IMG/VR virus record: IMGVR_UViG_3300032235_000562
Location: 1 to 27,646 of that record
Length of the DNA: 27,646 bases
Strand: one strand, 5' to 3'
Source of the DNA: a virus
Taxonomy: Duplodnaviria; Caudoviricetes
Part shown: positions 6,925 through 15,917 of the stretch, piece after piece
Layout of the letters: every line of letters begins with the position of its first letter
Numbering within the stretch: position 1 is the first letter of the stretch
Position numbers and translations under genes: made by a program
The notes under the pieces: model-generated
What the model was told of the DNA's origin: nothing
What the model saw: the letters and a program-made list of their open reading frames with translations, nothing else
Database searches by the model: none

Positions 6925-9048
6925 ATGGAAACAAAGGATCTAATTCAAATTAAAAAGCAAAGGATAAGGGAGGAACTTGAAAAGTTAGTTCCTCCTGGAT
7001 TCCATTTGTTTCCACCTCCAAAAAATAGAACGGAGGTTTATGATAAATTAGATCAGTTTCTAGGAAGAGATGCTGATTTTATAATGCAAGCTGGATACTT
7101 ATCTCCAACAGATAAGGGATATAATTTTGCATATGAAAATTTAAGATTCTTTGGTGGAAAACTTGAAAACTATACTGACTATTTGAATAGGGGTGCATTT
7201 TATAATGATCCAGAATTAAATAAAAATCTTAAAGAAGTTTGTGATTATACAATTCGATTCTATGAACTTGCAGAGATTACCATTAAAAGAATTAATGATG
7301 AAGAAGATGTAAGATTACAATTACTTCAGAAGCAAAAAGATAAAGAACAGCAACAATTAGAACAATCGGAAGAAAAGAAAAAGAAAGCATCTGGTTTTAT
7401 TTCTGGTGCTACTAGTTTTAGACCTGGGAAAACTGTAAAGTTTAAGACTGTAAAACTTACTGGAATCATTCCAAAAAGATCTACTCCTCAAGAGGTTGTA
7501 GAAAAAATCTCAAAACCACAACTAGAAGCAGTTGAAACTGAGGAAGGAATTTCTGGTTCAAAGAGAATTGTATCGTCTTTGGGAAGATTAGCACTATCTC
7601 TTGAGCAGACTAGTGATAATATTGAAAGGGTTTTTGAAGTAATGTCTGAGGACATTGCAAAGACAAGAGAAATCAATAAAAAAGAAGTTGACGAATATCG
7701 AAAAAGAGTTGCCAATCGTGGAAGAAGGATTGGTAAAAAAGATCTTGGTGATAATAAAGTAGATGTTTCTAACGTAGTAAAGAAATATGTTGGCAGTTTC
7801 TTTTCTGGAACTGGAGGTGCAATTCGTTCTCTAGCATTATTCAATATGCTAGAGAAGTTCATGAGTGGTGATCCATTGGGTGCCATAGGACCACTTCTTG
7901 GAATTGGAGCAACATACTTACCAGCAATTGGGGGAATGATTGCTGGAATGCTTGGTAAAAAGGTTTTAGGTGGATTGCTTGGTGCAGCAAAGGGTGCTGG
8001 TGCTTCTAGAGGAGGTGCTGCAGCAGCAAGAGGAGTAGGTGCTGGATTGCCTAAACTTGGTAAGTTCGGTGCCATTGCTGGATTAGGTGCTGGTGCATTA
8101 GCATTGGGATCAGGACTTTTTTCTTCAAAGAAAGAAGAAACAACTACACAACAGCAAAGATTAGATGAACTTGAAACAGAACAGAAAGCATTAGTTTCTC
8201 CTGAAGGGATTGGAGCAATCCCAGATGCTGCACTGAAAAAGTTTGAATCTTTAAATATTAAATTTGAAAAAGCACTTGATTTCTTATTAAAGAAACAGAA
8301 AGAACAACCAACACAACAACAAGGCAGAGGAGGTAGTGGTGGACCTGGAAGTTTCAATCCCCAAGCAACTCAATTAAATGCTGGAGAATATAAAGATATA
8401 ATTAATGAGGCATCAAAATTAAGTGGAGTTCCTGCATCACAAATTGCATCAATGATGTCAATTGAATCAAGTTTTAATCCTAATGCAGTATCAGAGTCTG
8501 GTGCTCTTGGATTAATGCAAATGATTCCCACAACTTACAGAGGGGAATATGAAAAATATGGAAAATCTTTTGGATTAGTTGATGATCCGAAAAATCCAAG
8601 AACAAGTGCAATTCTTGGATCAATGTATATGAAGTCCTTGCTTGAAGGACCAGCAAAAGGAAATGTGGAAACAATGGTCAAAATGTATAATGCAGGTCCT
8701 GCTGGAAATTTATCTGGTTCACAACCAACAGAACACTGGAAAAAGTTTAGTGAACAACTTCCAAGATTTCAAAATATTGAGTCTGGTTCAACATCAACAC
8801 CCCCACCAGCAGCACCTCAACTACCACCCCCAACAGTAAAACCAAAACCAAAACCTGAACCAGAGGTATCTGCAGTTCCACAAGTAACCCCAAACATTAT
8901 TGCTCTTGGATTGCCTTCACAGAATCAAGAACCCACTCCACTATCTGCTTCGGATAGTGGAGGGACTGAAATTTCTTCAGTATCTACATCTTATGACAAT
9001 TTATATAAAAAATCTGCTCAACTGTATATTGGAGTAATCCCAACATAA
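6925..9048 (+). CDS. tape-measure/gp29-like virion protein with soluble lytic transglycosylase (SLT) domain
   Basis: Coiled coils, a Gly/Ala/Leu-rich hydrophobic middle, then SLT motifs IESSFNPNAVS..GALGLMQMIP.T and MYNAGP (about 8389-8770), then a Pro-rich tail. Occupies the gp29 slot after gp26/gp51. Confidence 0.78.
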   Translation: METKDLIQIKKQRIREELEKLVPPGFHLFPPPKNRTEVYDKLDQFLGRDADFIMQAGYLSPTDKGYNFAYENLRFFGGKLENYTDYLNRGAFYNDPELNKNLKEVCDYTIRFYELAEITIKRINDEEDVRLQLLQKQKDKEQQQLEQSEEKKKKASGFISGATSFRPGKTVKFKTVKLTGIIPKRSTPQEVVEKISKPQLEAVETEEGISGSKRIVSSLGRLALSLEQTSDNIERVFEVMSEDIAKTREINKKEVDEYRKRVANRGRRIGKKDLGDNKVDVSNVVKKYVGSFFSGTGGAIRSLALFNMLEKFMSGDPLGAIGPLLGIGATYLPAIGGMIAGMLGKKVLGGLLGAAKGAGASRGGAAAARGVGAGLPKLGKFGAIAGLGAGALALGSGLFSSKKEETTTQQQRLDELETEQKALVSPEGIGAIPDAALKKFESLNIKFEKALDFLLKKQKEQPTQQQGRGGSGGPGSFNPQATQLNAGEYKDIINEASKLSGVPASQIASMMSIESSFNPNAVSESGALGLMQMIPTTYRGEYEKYGKSFGLVDDPKNPRTSAILGSMYMKSLLEGPAKGNVETMVKMYNAGPAGNLSGSQPTEHWKKFSEQLPRFQNIESGSTSTPPPAAPQLPPPTVKPKPKPEPEVSAVPQVTPNIIALGLPSQNQEPTPLSASDSGGTEISSVSTSYDNLYKKSAQLYIGVIPT

Positions 9049-9049
9049 T

Positions 9050-11026
9050 ATGGAAGATACTAAAATAGCAGTAAAACCTAAACAAAAAAAATTAGTTCCA
9101 AGAGTTTCCAATATAGAAACTCTTCAGAAATCTGCTGACAAAATAAAAACATCCTCCAACAAATTAAAAAGGATATTTGAAAACAATGCCTACCAAAAGA
9201 AGACCCAACTATCAGTATTAAAGAGATATAAAAGAAGATTAGATTCTATAGAAAGAGAAGACGAAGAAAGAAGACAAAAAGCATCAAAAAGAAAAGTTAA
9301 ACTTCCTGATATTAAAAAATTTGCTGGGTCTTTCTTTTCTCCTGGAGCATCAAGTGATCCATTAAAGGCAGTTGGAGCATTAGCAGCATTTAATAGTCTA
9401 GAAAAATTAGCAAACGGGGACGTTCTTGGATCAATTGCTCCTGGATTAGTTGCTGCTGGAATGGTTGCTGGTCCTGGATTAATTGGTGCAGGAGTAAATA
9501 AGTTCTTTGATAGAGGAAAGTCACCTAAAGGTTTTGATGTTTCTGGAAGAAGAGTTTCTAAATCTACTCAACAAAGATATTTGAATCGATATGGAGAAAA
9601 AGCATTTAAAAATAGATTTGGAAAACAAAATTTAAAAAATATAAACACAACAACAGATGTTGTTTCAACTGGTGGAAGAGCAACAAAAGCATTTGGAAGA
9701 CTTGGAAAATCTATTATTCCTGGTGTTGGTGCAGTTCTTGGTGCAGTTGATGCTAAACTGAGAGCAGATGAAGGTGATATTGCAGGATCTAGAATTGCTG
9801 GTGCCTCTGCTGCATTGGATGCCGCAACTGCTGCTTCGGCAGCAACTGGAATTGGATTAATTGCGACACCATTCTTAGGTCTTGCATCAATCACTTTAGA
9901 TCTTGTTAATTTTGCTCGTGACATTACTGGAATGAGTGAAGCAGAATCTAAGAAAAATATTACAACAAGAGGAAGATTAAAAGAGCAAACTAAAAAACAA
10001 AAAGAACTTGTTGATAAAAAAGAAGAACCTAAAACTGGATTGTCTTTTGAAAAAACCTTAGTTGGTTATGAAAGAGTTGTAACTAAATTTGAAGAATTTT
10101 CTAAGAATTTTAAATCATCTGATGAAGTCGCATCTAGAGATTATATTGAAACCAATGACAATATGCCTAATGATAATGTTGATTATGGTACAATGAGTGG
10201 AAATTTAGGATCTGATATTATGGAATTTAGAGAATTTAGAAATAAACAATTTGGAGCACCAAAAGAAAAATTTGCAACTGGTTCACCAAGAAATTATCAA
10301 ATAAGAGAACTTGGAATATGGGAAGGTGGGAAGGAAGATAACTGGAGAATAAACCCACTTGCAGATGACACTGCATATGAAAAAGATGCTCACAAAGGTG
10401 CTGGACATTGGCAAAATAGAGCATTTGATATTCCAGTTCCAGAATCATCTAGAGAAGGTGATATGGTTGCAGAATTTTGGAGAAGAAAAGGATATAGAGT
10501 AATATGGAAAGAATCTGGTCATTATACTCACGTTCACGTAGAAGTTCCCGAAAATAAAGCACAAGAATTTTTCTCAGGGAAATCAAATCCACCCAGACCA
10601 GCAGCAGCACAATCAACTCCGCAACCTAGACCAGCAACACCACAACCTAGACCAGCAGCAGCAAAACCATCACCACAACCAAGACCAGCAGTAAAACCAC
10701 AACGTGCAGTTATAGGTGGACATACATATGAATATAAAAATGGCAAATATTATCAAAATGGAGAAGAAATATCAAAAGATCTATATGATGCAGTAAAAAA
10801 GAATCATCCATATTCCTTTAGTTCGACACAGAAACCAAAGGATTATTCCATAGCACATAATATGCCATACAATAACCCAGGAAACACATTCTTAATTTCA
10901 TATAATCAACCAGCACCACAATCCCCACAACCACAACCAGCATCACAACCAAAGGTATTGATAATGAACTCAGGAGAATCTGAGTTAAATACAATTAAGG
11001 ATCTCAATATGTTAGCGTTAGTATAA
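9050..11026 (+). CDS. paralogous tape-measure-like virion protein with M15-type Zn metallopeptidase domain
   Basis: Similar to the upstream gene (KK[YF].GSFFS...A...LA.FN.LEK...GD.LG.I.P). Carries H-x6-D (HWQNRAFD) and HxH (HVH) motifs, then PQPRPA repeats. Confidence 0.7.
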   Translation: MEDTKIAVKPKQKKLVPRVSNIETLQKSADKIKTSSNKLKRIFENNAYQKKTQLSVLKRYKRRLDSIEREDEERRQKASKRKVKLPDIKKFAGSFFSPGASSDPLKAVGALAAFNSLEKLANGDVLGSIAPGLVAAGMVAGPGLIGAGVNKFFDRGKSPKGFDVSGRRVSKSTQQRYLNRYGEKAFKNRFGKQNLKNINTTTDVVSTGGRATKAFGRLGKSIIPGVGAVLGAVDAKLRADEGDIAGSRIAGASAALDAATAASAATGIGLIATPFLGLASITLDLVNFARDITGMSEAESKKNITTRGRLKEQTKKQKELVDKKEEPKTGLSFEKTLVGYERVVTKFEEFSKNFKSSDEVASRDYIETNDNMPNDNVDYGTMSGNLGSDIMEFREFRNKQFGAPKEKFATGSPRNYQIRELGIWEGGKEDNWRINPLADDTAYEKDAHKGAGHWQNRAFDIPVPESSREGDMVAEFWRRKGYRVIWKESGHYTHVHVEVPENKAQEFFSGKSNPPRPAAAQSTPQPRPATPQPRPAAAKPSPQPRPAVKPQRAVIGGHTYEYKNGKYYQNGEEISKDLYDAVKKNHPYSFSSTQKPKDYSIAHNMPYNNPGNTFLISYNQPAPQSPQPQPASQPKVLIMNSGESELNTIKDLNMLALV

Positions 11027-12327
11027 TGGCATCATATTTTAACTATAAAATTCAAGAGTTTGTAATTGAATCTTTAGATGGAACCAAATCTATTGATGCT
11101 ACATCTTGCGTTTCTTCAATTAAATACTTTGAAGATATATTCTCTCCAGCAGTATTCATTTCAATGGTAATTGTGAATACTGATGGATTGATTTCATCAC
11201 TTCCGATTCGTGGTGGAGAAAGAATACGATTAATTATTACTCAAGAAGCAACTGGTCAGAGAATTGAATTAAATGAAACTAAGAATCCATATTATATTCA
11301 TCGTGTTCATGGATCAACTTCTCAGTCTACTAGAGAAATGTTCTTAGTGGAGTTAGCACCGATTGAAGTATTTAAAAATGAAACTACAAGAGTATTCAAT
11401 CGATATCCAAAGAGTCAGGGAGGAGAGCAAAAAATTAGTGACTCAATAGATCAAATATTAAAAGATGTGTTGAAGACTGATAAGAAAAGACAGATTGAAC
11501 CCACAAAAAATAGTTATGCATTTTATGGCAATTCAAAGAAACCATTTAATATATTGTCTTGGTTGTGCCCAAAATCAATTCCTCCAATTGGAAAGTCATC
11601 TCCCACAGAAGGAACTGCTGGATACTTATTTTATGAAAATAAAAATGGATATAATTTTAGAAGTGTAGACTCATTGATGTCTGCATTATTACCAGCATCA
11701 GCAGATCAAAAACAATATCAAACATATTCTTATTCAGAAAATGTAGCAGATTATGCAAGGGACACTACAAACTTTAAAGTTTTGACTGTCCCAACATTCG
11801 AAAAAAATGTAAATGTTTTAGATAATTTGAGAATAGGAATGTATTCAAGTGTCAATTATTTCTTTGATTTGAATACCAAAAAATTTGATTCTTATAAGTA
11901 TAGACTATCTGAAAGTTATGATATTATGAAGCACGCATCAAAGAGTAAAGAAAGACCACAAATACCAGAAGGATTAGAAGATAGTCCTTCAAGATTGATG
12001 GTCAAGTTTATTGATGGTGTCGTAAAATCTCCAGGTAATGTAGATCCTACTTCTAAAATTGATGATAGAATTAAGTATCAATCACAATCTGTAGCAAGAT
12101 ATAATCTTGCATTCAGTCAATCTTTAAGTATTACTGTTCCATTAAATTTAAATCTAGCAGTTGGTGATGTAATTAGATTAAATATAGGTAAGATCACTAA
12201 GCAAGAAAAAGAAAAGGACAATCAAAAGTCTGGACTTTATTTAATCAAAGAACTTGCCCACGATTTTTCTGACATTAAGGGATTAACAGGACTTAAATTG
12301 GTAAGAGATTCATACGGAGAACCATAA
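11026..12327 (+). CDS. baseplate hub protein (gp27-like)
   Basis: YFEDIFSP, LPIRGGE, KKPF..LSWLCPKS, GYLFYENKNGYNFRS and GDVI.....SGLYLIKEL.H.F....T.LKLVRDS resemble contractile-tail hub proteins; immediately precedes gp5. Confidence 0.68.
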   Translation: MASYFNYKIQEFVIESLDGTKSIDATSCVSSIKYFEDIFSPAVFISMVIVNTDGLISSLPIRGGERIRLIITQEATGQRIELNETKNPYYIHRVHGSTSQSTREMFLVELAPIEVFKNETTRVFNRYPKSQGGEQKISDSIDQILKDVLKTDKKRQIEPTKNSYAFYGNSKKPFNILSWLCPKSIPPIGKSSPTEGTAGYLFYENKNGYNFRSVDSLMSALLPASADQKQYQTYSYSENVADYARDTTNFKVLTVPTFEKNVNVLDNLRIGMYSSVNYFFDLNTKKFDSYKYRLSESYDIMKHASKSKERPQIPEGLEDSPSRLMVKFIDGVVKSPGNVDPTSKIDDRIKYQSQSVARYNLAFSQSLSITVPLNLNLAVGDVIRLNIGKITKQEKEKDNQKSGLYLIKELAHDFSDIKGLTGLKLVRDSYGEP

Positions 12328-12331
12328 GAAT

Positions 12332-14344
12332 ATGTTAGAGCAGTCATTAATTAATCCCAATTTTGCGGGAAGAGACGGGTTTAAATGGTTTATTGGTATT
12401 ATTGCAAATACAAAACCAGATCGTGCTGATCTTGAATATGGATATCGAGTTCAGGTAAGAATCATTGGGTATCATCCTGGAGATATTATAGAAGATAAGG
12501 ATCTTCCTTGGGCACACGTATTAGTTCCAACAAATATGGGTTCTGGTGCTGGAGGTGCTGGAGTCTCATTGAATACTCGTGGTGGTGAAGTTGTTGTTGG
12601 ATTTTTTGCAGACGGTGATGATGCACAACAACCCATTATTATTGGTGCATTATACAATGGTGCTAGTGTAGATTATTTAAATACTTTTAACAAAGGAACA
12701 AAAGAGTTTAAATTATTTTCCCAAAAACCAGGAGCAATTGTTAGTCCATACAACATTCAGGTTAAGAATAACAAAACTGAACCAGGAATTCCAAAACCAG
12801 ACGGAACCCACAATAAAGAAAAGACAGTTGCGGCAACCGAGTTAAATAAGAATCCAACAATTACTATTCCTGGACACTGCAAAGAGGGAAAGGATATTGT
12901 TTCTCAAATCAATAAAGCACTAATAAAATTCATTCAACTTCTAAATGAAGTTAAGTATATAAACGAAACATACATTAATCCAGTATTAAATAAAATCACA
13001 GATTTAAGTTCAGAAATTACTGAGATTGCATCTGCGATTTCGGATGCATTGATATCAATTGTTAAAAGAATAAGAGATGAAATAATAACTGGAATTTATA
13101 ATTTACTTAAAGATTTCCTCAAGTCGGTAAAGTTACCTAAGGAAGTAGAGTTTTTAAAGAAAGCAGCAGCAGGACAAATTGCAGATGGAATTTGGTGTTT
13201 ATTTTTAAATATTATTAACAAAATTAAGAAGTTTGTTTTTGATTTTCTTTTCAATATGATAGGGAAAGTTGCTAGCATTCCTGTATGTTTAGTTGAAACA
13301 CTCACTGGCAGCATTTTACAATCCGTTACTAATGAAATTGAAGATTCAATTGGATCTGCATTAGAAGAAGTTACTTCCCTTTTGGGTGGAGGAATAGGAA
13401 CTGTAATGTCTTATGTTGAAACAGCAATTGGATATGCAAAAACTATAACAAGTTTTCTTCAATGTGAAGCATCTCCTTGCAAAGAAGTATTTGATTATGA
13501 AATGAACAAAGGATTCGTTCCAAAATCTGGAGATCTTAAATTCCAAAACATCCTAAACTATTCTCCATCACAAGGAGTTAGAAATCTTTTAACTGATGCA
13601 ACATCACAAGCAACTGGATTCCTAGATGGGATTTCTGGTGGTGAATTATTACCAATAGAAGGTGGTTGTGATGTAAGTCTTCAATGTGGAATGCCAAACG
13701 TTACTTTCTTTGGTGGTGGTGGATCTGGTGCAACAGGAAACACAGTTGTGGATGCATTTGGTCAGATTATGGGAGTGAATATTACAAATCCTGGAGATGG
13801 ATACACTTCAGCACCATATGTTTCATTTGATGATGCTTGTGAGAATGGTTCTGGGGCATTTGCATATACTACAATTAAAAATGGTCGTGTCTGGACAACT
13901 GTAATGGTCAACACTGGTTCTGGATATCTCGGTCCAGATACTTCGGGAGTTGATGAAAATGTTGATGACGAAACCTTAACTAGTTCTGCATGTTCTATTG
14001 CACCTGCAGAATCTTCTGGTGCAATAGTTCATCCATATGTATCAGGGGTTGTTATTGAAAATACTGGATTGGGATATACACAAAATGATACTATTGTGAA
14101 TTCTGCTTGCCCAGATAGTGATGTATTACTCAATTTGGAACTTGATCCTGATGGTAGAATCATTGGAGTTCAAGTTACAAATCCAGGCACATCGATTAAC
14201 ATATTCCCAGAACTTACAATAAATAGTGATACTGGTTCTGGTGCAATATTAAAACCAATACTTTCATTTAATACTGAAGTATCAACAGCAGAAACTGATG
14301 CAACTAAGATAAAAACTGTTACTTATTGTGCTGATAAAGAATGA
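12332..14344 (+). CDS. gp5: baseplate hub/spike protein gp5 (N-terminal OB fold, no recognisable lysozyme domain)
   Basis: GRDGFKWFIG, RVQVRIIGYH, LPWA.VL.P and GEVVVGFFADG.DAQQPII.G match the Gp5/VgrG OB domain. C-terminal V.ITNPG.GY-type repeats follow. Confidence 0.85.
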   Translation: MLEQSLINPNFAGRDGFKWFIGIIANTKPDRADLEYGYRVQVRIIGYHPGDIIEDKDLPWAHVLVPTNMGSGAGGAGVSLNTRGGEVVVGFFADGDDAQQPIIIGALYNGASVDYLNTFNKGTKEFKLFSQKPGAIVSPYNIQVKNNKTEPGIPKPDGTHNKEKTVAATELNKNPTITIPGHCKEGKDIVSQINKALIKFIQLLNEVKYINETYINPVLNKITDLSSEITEIASAISDALISIVKRIRDEIITGIYNLLKDFLKSVKLPKEVEFLKKAAAGQIADGIWCLFLNIINKIKKFVFDFLFNMIGKVASIPVCLVETLTGSILQSVTNEIEDSIGSALEEVTSLLGGGIGTVMSYVETAIGYAKTITSFLQCEASPCKEVFDYEMNKGFVPKSGDLKFQNILNYSPSQGVRNLLTDATSQATGFLDGISGGELLPIEGGCDVSLQCGMPNVTFFGGGGSGATGNTVVDAFGQIMGVNITNPGDGYTSAPYVSFDDACENGSGAFAYTTIKNGRVWTTVMVNTGSGYLGPDTSGVDENVDDETLTSSACSIAPAESSGAIVHPYVSGVVIENTGLGYTQNDTIVNSACPDSDVLLNLELDPDGRIIGVQVTNPGTSINIFPELTINSDTGSGAILKPILSFNTEVSTAETDATKIKTVTYCADKE

Positions 14345-14916
14345 CACTTAAAAAACCAAAACCCCAACCAACGGGATATGTTTTTAATGATCCCCAAGAT
14401 GGAACTATATTCATTGGAAAAGATCCTGATTCTAAAAGACCTAGACAAATAGAATTAACGTCACAATCCTTAGGTTGTATTCGACTGTTTGGTGATGGTG
14501 GATTTGACATTAGAAGTAATTCATCAGCACAAAAGAAAGACAATATTATTAGCAATTCCAAAGATGGTTTGGGAATTTATAGTAATGGAAAAGGCATACA
14601 CATTGATGCTGGAAATGGAGAATTGACAATTACTGCCAGAAGTATTGTCATCAATGCTACTGGATCTGATGAGGGTGGAGTTACTATAAGATCAAATCAA
14701 AATATTGATCTAGATGCAGCAGATCATGTTAAGATCGAAGGATCTAATGTAGCAATCGCATCAAGAAATAAATTGCTCCTAACATCAAAAGGATTCTTAA
14801 ATATAAGAGGTATCGGTGGTGTTCTTATTACTGAACCAAAACAAACTTTACTTCCAACAAGTATAGGATCTGTAATAACTCAAACATTTTCATCAATATT
14901 GCCAGGATTCTTCTAA
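14341..14916 (+). CDS. putative gp5 C-terminal-like beta-helix spike protein
   Basis: ATGA overlap with gp5. Repeating short strands (IHIDAGNGELTITARSIVINA, NIDLDAADHVKIEG) resemble the gp5/VgrG needle. Confidence 0.55.
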   Translation: MTLKKPKPQPTGYVFNDPQDGTIFIGKDPDSKRPRQIELTSQSLGCIRLFGDGGFDIRSNSSAQKKDNIISNSKDGLGIYSNGKGIHIDAGNGELTITARSIVINATGSDEGGVTIRSNQNIDLDAADHVKIEGSNVAIASRNKLLLTSKGFLNIRGIGGVLITEPKQTLLPTSIGSVITQTFSSILPGFF

Positions 14917-15635
14917 TGCCTTACATTAATACTGTAGAAACTGAATCAATTCAAGCAGGAACTGCTGGAGCACCACCAACTGCGACTGCAGAATTTTGGA
15001 CAAGTTTAGATCCCTCCGTTCCATTTTCTGTTCAGAATTTAGGAATCGCAAATATGGTTGGGATGACTAATCAAATTGGTTCTTATAATGGAGTTGGTGT
15101 TTGGAATCAAACTGGAGCATATAATGGAATTGGTTGGGGAGTAGATGTTGGTGGTCATATGGACGCACAATCTACTTTGGGAAGTGCATCTCCAAATATA
15201 GACTTCTCTTCCCCAAGTGGAAATTTATGGGGATATTGGCAGTATAATGGATTTGAAATATCAACAGAACCCGATAATACTTCTGACGTAAATTTAAAAA
15301 AGGACATTGAATCCATTCACAATTCGTTAGATAAAGTTTTAAACCTTAATGCAGTTTCTTTTAGATGGAAAGAAGAATTAGTTCCCACAAGTTTAATCAA
15401 AAGAGAAAATGAAATTGGACTAATCGCACAGGAAGTTGAAAAAATAATTCCAGAGGTTATTGGAGAAACTTTAATTAATGGACAATCATATAAGAAAATT
15501 AGTTACGGCAAATTAACAACAATCTTAATTGGTGCTATTCAAGAGCAACAAAAACAAATTGAAGAACTTAAGGAGACGGTTGCCAAACTGTCCCCAGACT
15601 GCCCAAGGTGCCAAGGATTGTGCTATGATGTATAG
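14916..15635 (+). CDS. small trimeric virion protein with C-terminal intramolecular chaperone (peptidase S74) domain
   Basis: TSDVNLKKDI...LDKVLNLNAVSFRW...IGLIAQEVEKIIPEV...ISYGKL..ILIGAIQEQQKQIEELK. Confidence 0.85.
   Translation: MPYINTVETESIQAGTAGAPPTATAEFWTSLDPSVPFSVQNLGIANMVGMTNQIGSYNGVGVWNQTGAYNGIGWGVDVGGHMDAQSTLGSASPNIDFSSPSGNLWGYWQYNGFEISTEPDNTSDVNLKKDIESIHNSLDKVLNLNAVSFRWKEELVPTSLIKRENEIGLIAQEVEKIIPEVIGETLINGQSYKKISYGKLTTILIGAIQEQQKQIEELKETVAKLSPDCPRCQGLCYDV
15572..15629 (+). promoter_or_regulatory. putative early promoter: imperfect palindrome plus extended -10
   Basis: GGAGACGGTT-gcca-AACTGTCCCC (15572-15595, 8/10 pairs) and TGCTATGAT (15621-15629), the same 9-mer as the gp32 -10 region. 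The -35 element is weak. Confidence 0.6.
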
Positions 15636-15656
15636 GTCCCCCTACGACCACCAAGA

Positions 15657-15830
15657 ATGCAAATTTCTCAAGAGCAACTGAAGGATCTCCAAGGTATGCA
15701 AGAAGATATGGCAGCACATTTTACGGATGAGAATTTCCCTATTAGTGGAGAAACTTATTGGACCTGCGTTGAATGCCTTGCCACTGCTAAACTTGCCGAA
15801 CTTCGTGGTGAACTGATCTATAATAATTGA
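15657..15830 (+). CDS. small conserved cyanophage hypothetical protein (57 aa; absent from the ORF track)
   Basis: My translation is MQISQEQLKDLQGMQEDMAAHFTDENFPISGETYWTCVECLATAKLAELRGELIYNN*. It has its own promoter candidate and is less AT-rich than its neighbours. Confidence 0.72.
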   Translation: MQISQEQLKDLQGMQEDMAAHFTDENFPISGETYWTCVECLATAKLAELRGELIYNN

Positions 15831-15886
15831 TCCCCAAATCAAAATTGACCTTTTATTTCAAAAAAGGGGGGAAAAAATCTCCAGGT

Positions 15887-15917
15887 AAAAATTGCCTGTA
15901 GGGTTTTTACAGGCAAT
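15887..15917 (-). terminator. intrinsic terminator of the minus-strand ORF (possibly bidirectional)
   Basis: Perfect 10-bp stem ATTGCCTGTA-N7-TACAGGCAAT (15891-15917), followed on the minus strand by TTTT; overlaps the stop codon at 15907-15909. Confidence 0.75.

Noticed and set aside
7488-8357. 289-aa minus-strand ORF
   Set aside because: Antisense shadow of the Gly/Ala-rich part of the 707-aa gene; low-complexity Pro/Ala/Ser content and no independent expression signals.
10590-10700. PQPRPA repeats as a separate element
   Set aside because: Ordinary Pro-rich linker within the 658-aa protein, matched by a Pro-rich linker in its paralog.
15590-15635. CPRCQGLC at the end of the S74 protein as a metal-binding or redox motif
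   Set aside because: It lies after the terminal coiled coil and coincides with the overlapping promoter, so it is most likely a by-product of reading through regulatory DNA.
15642-15842. 66-aa minus-strand ORF
   Set aside because: The opposite-strand 57-aa ORF (15657-15830) has a promoter candidate and a more protein-like sequence; the minus ORF also lies downstream of a minus-strand terminator.
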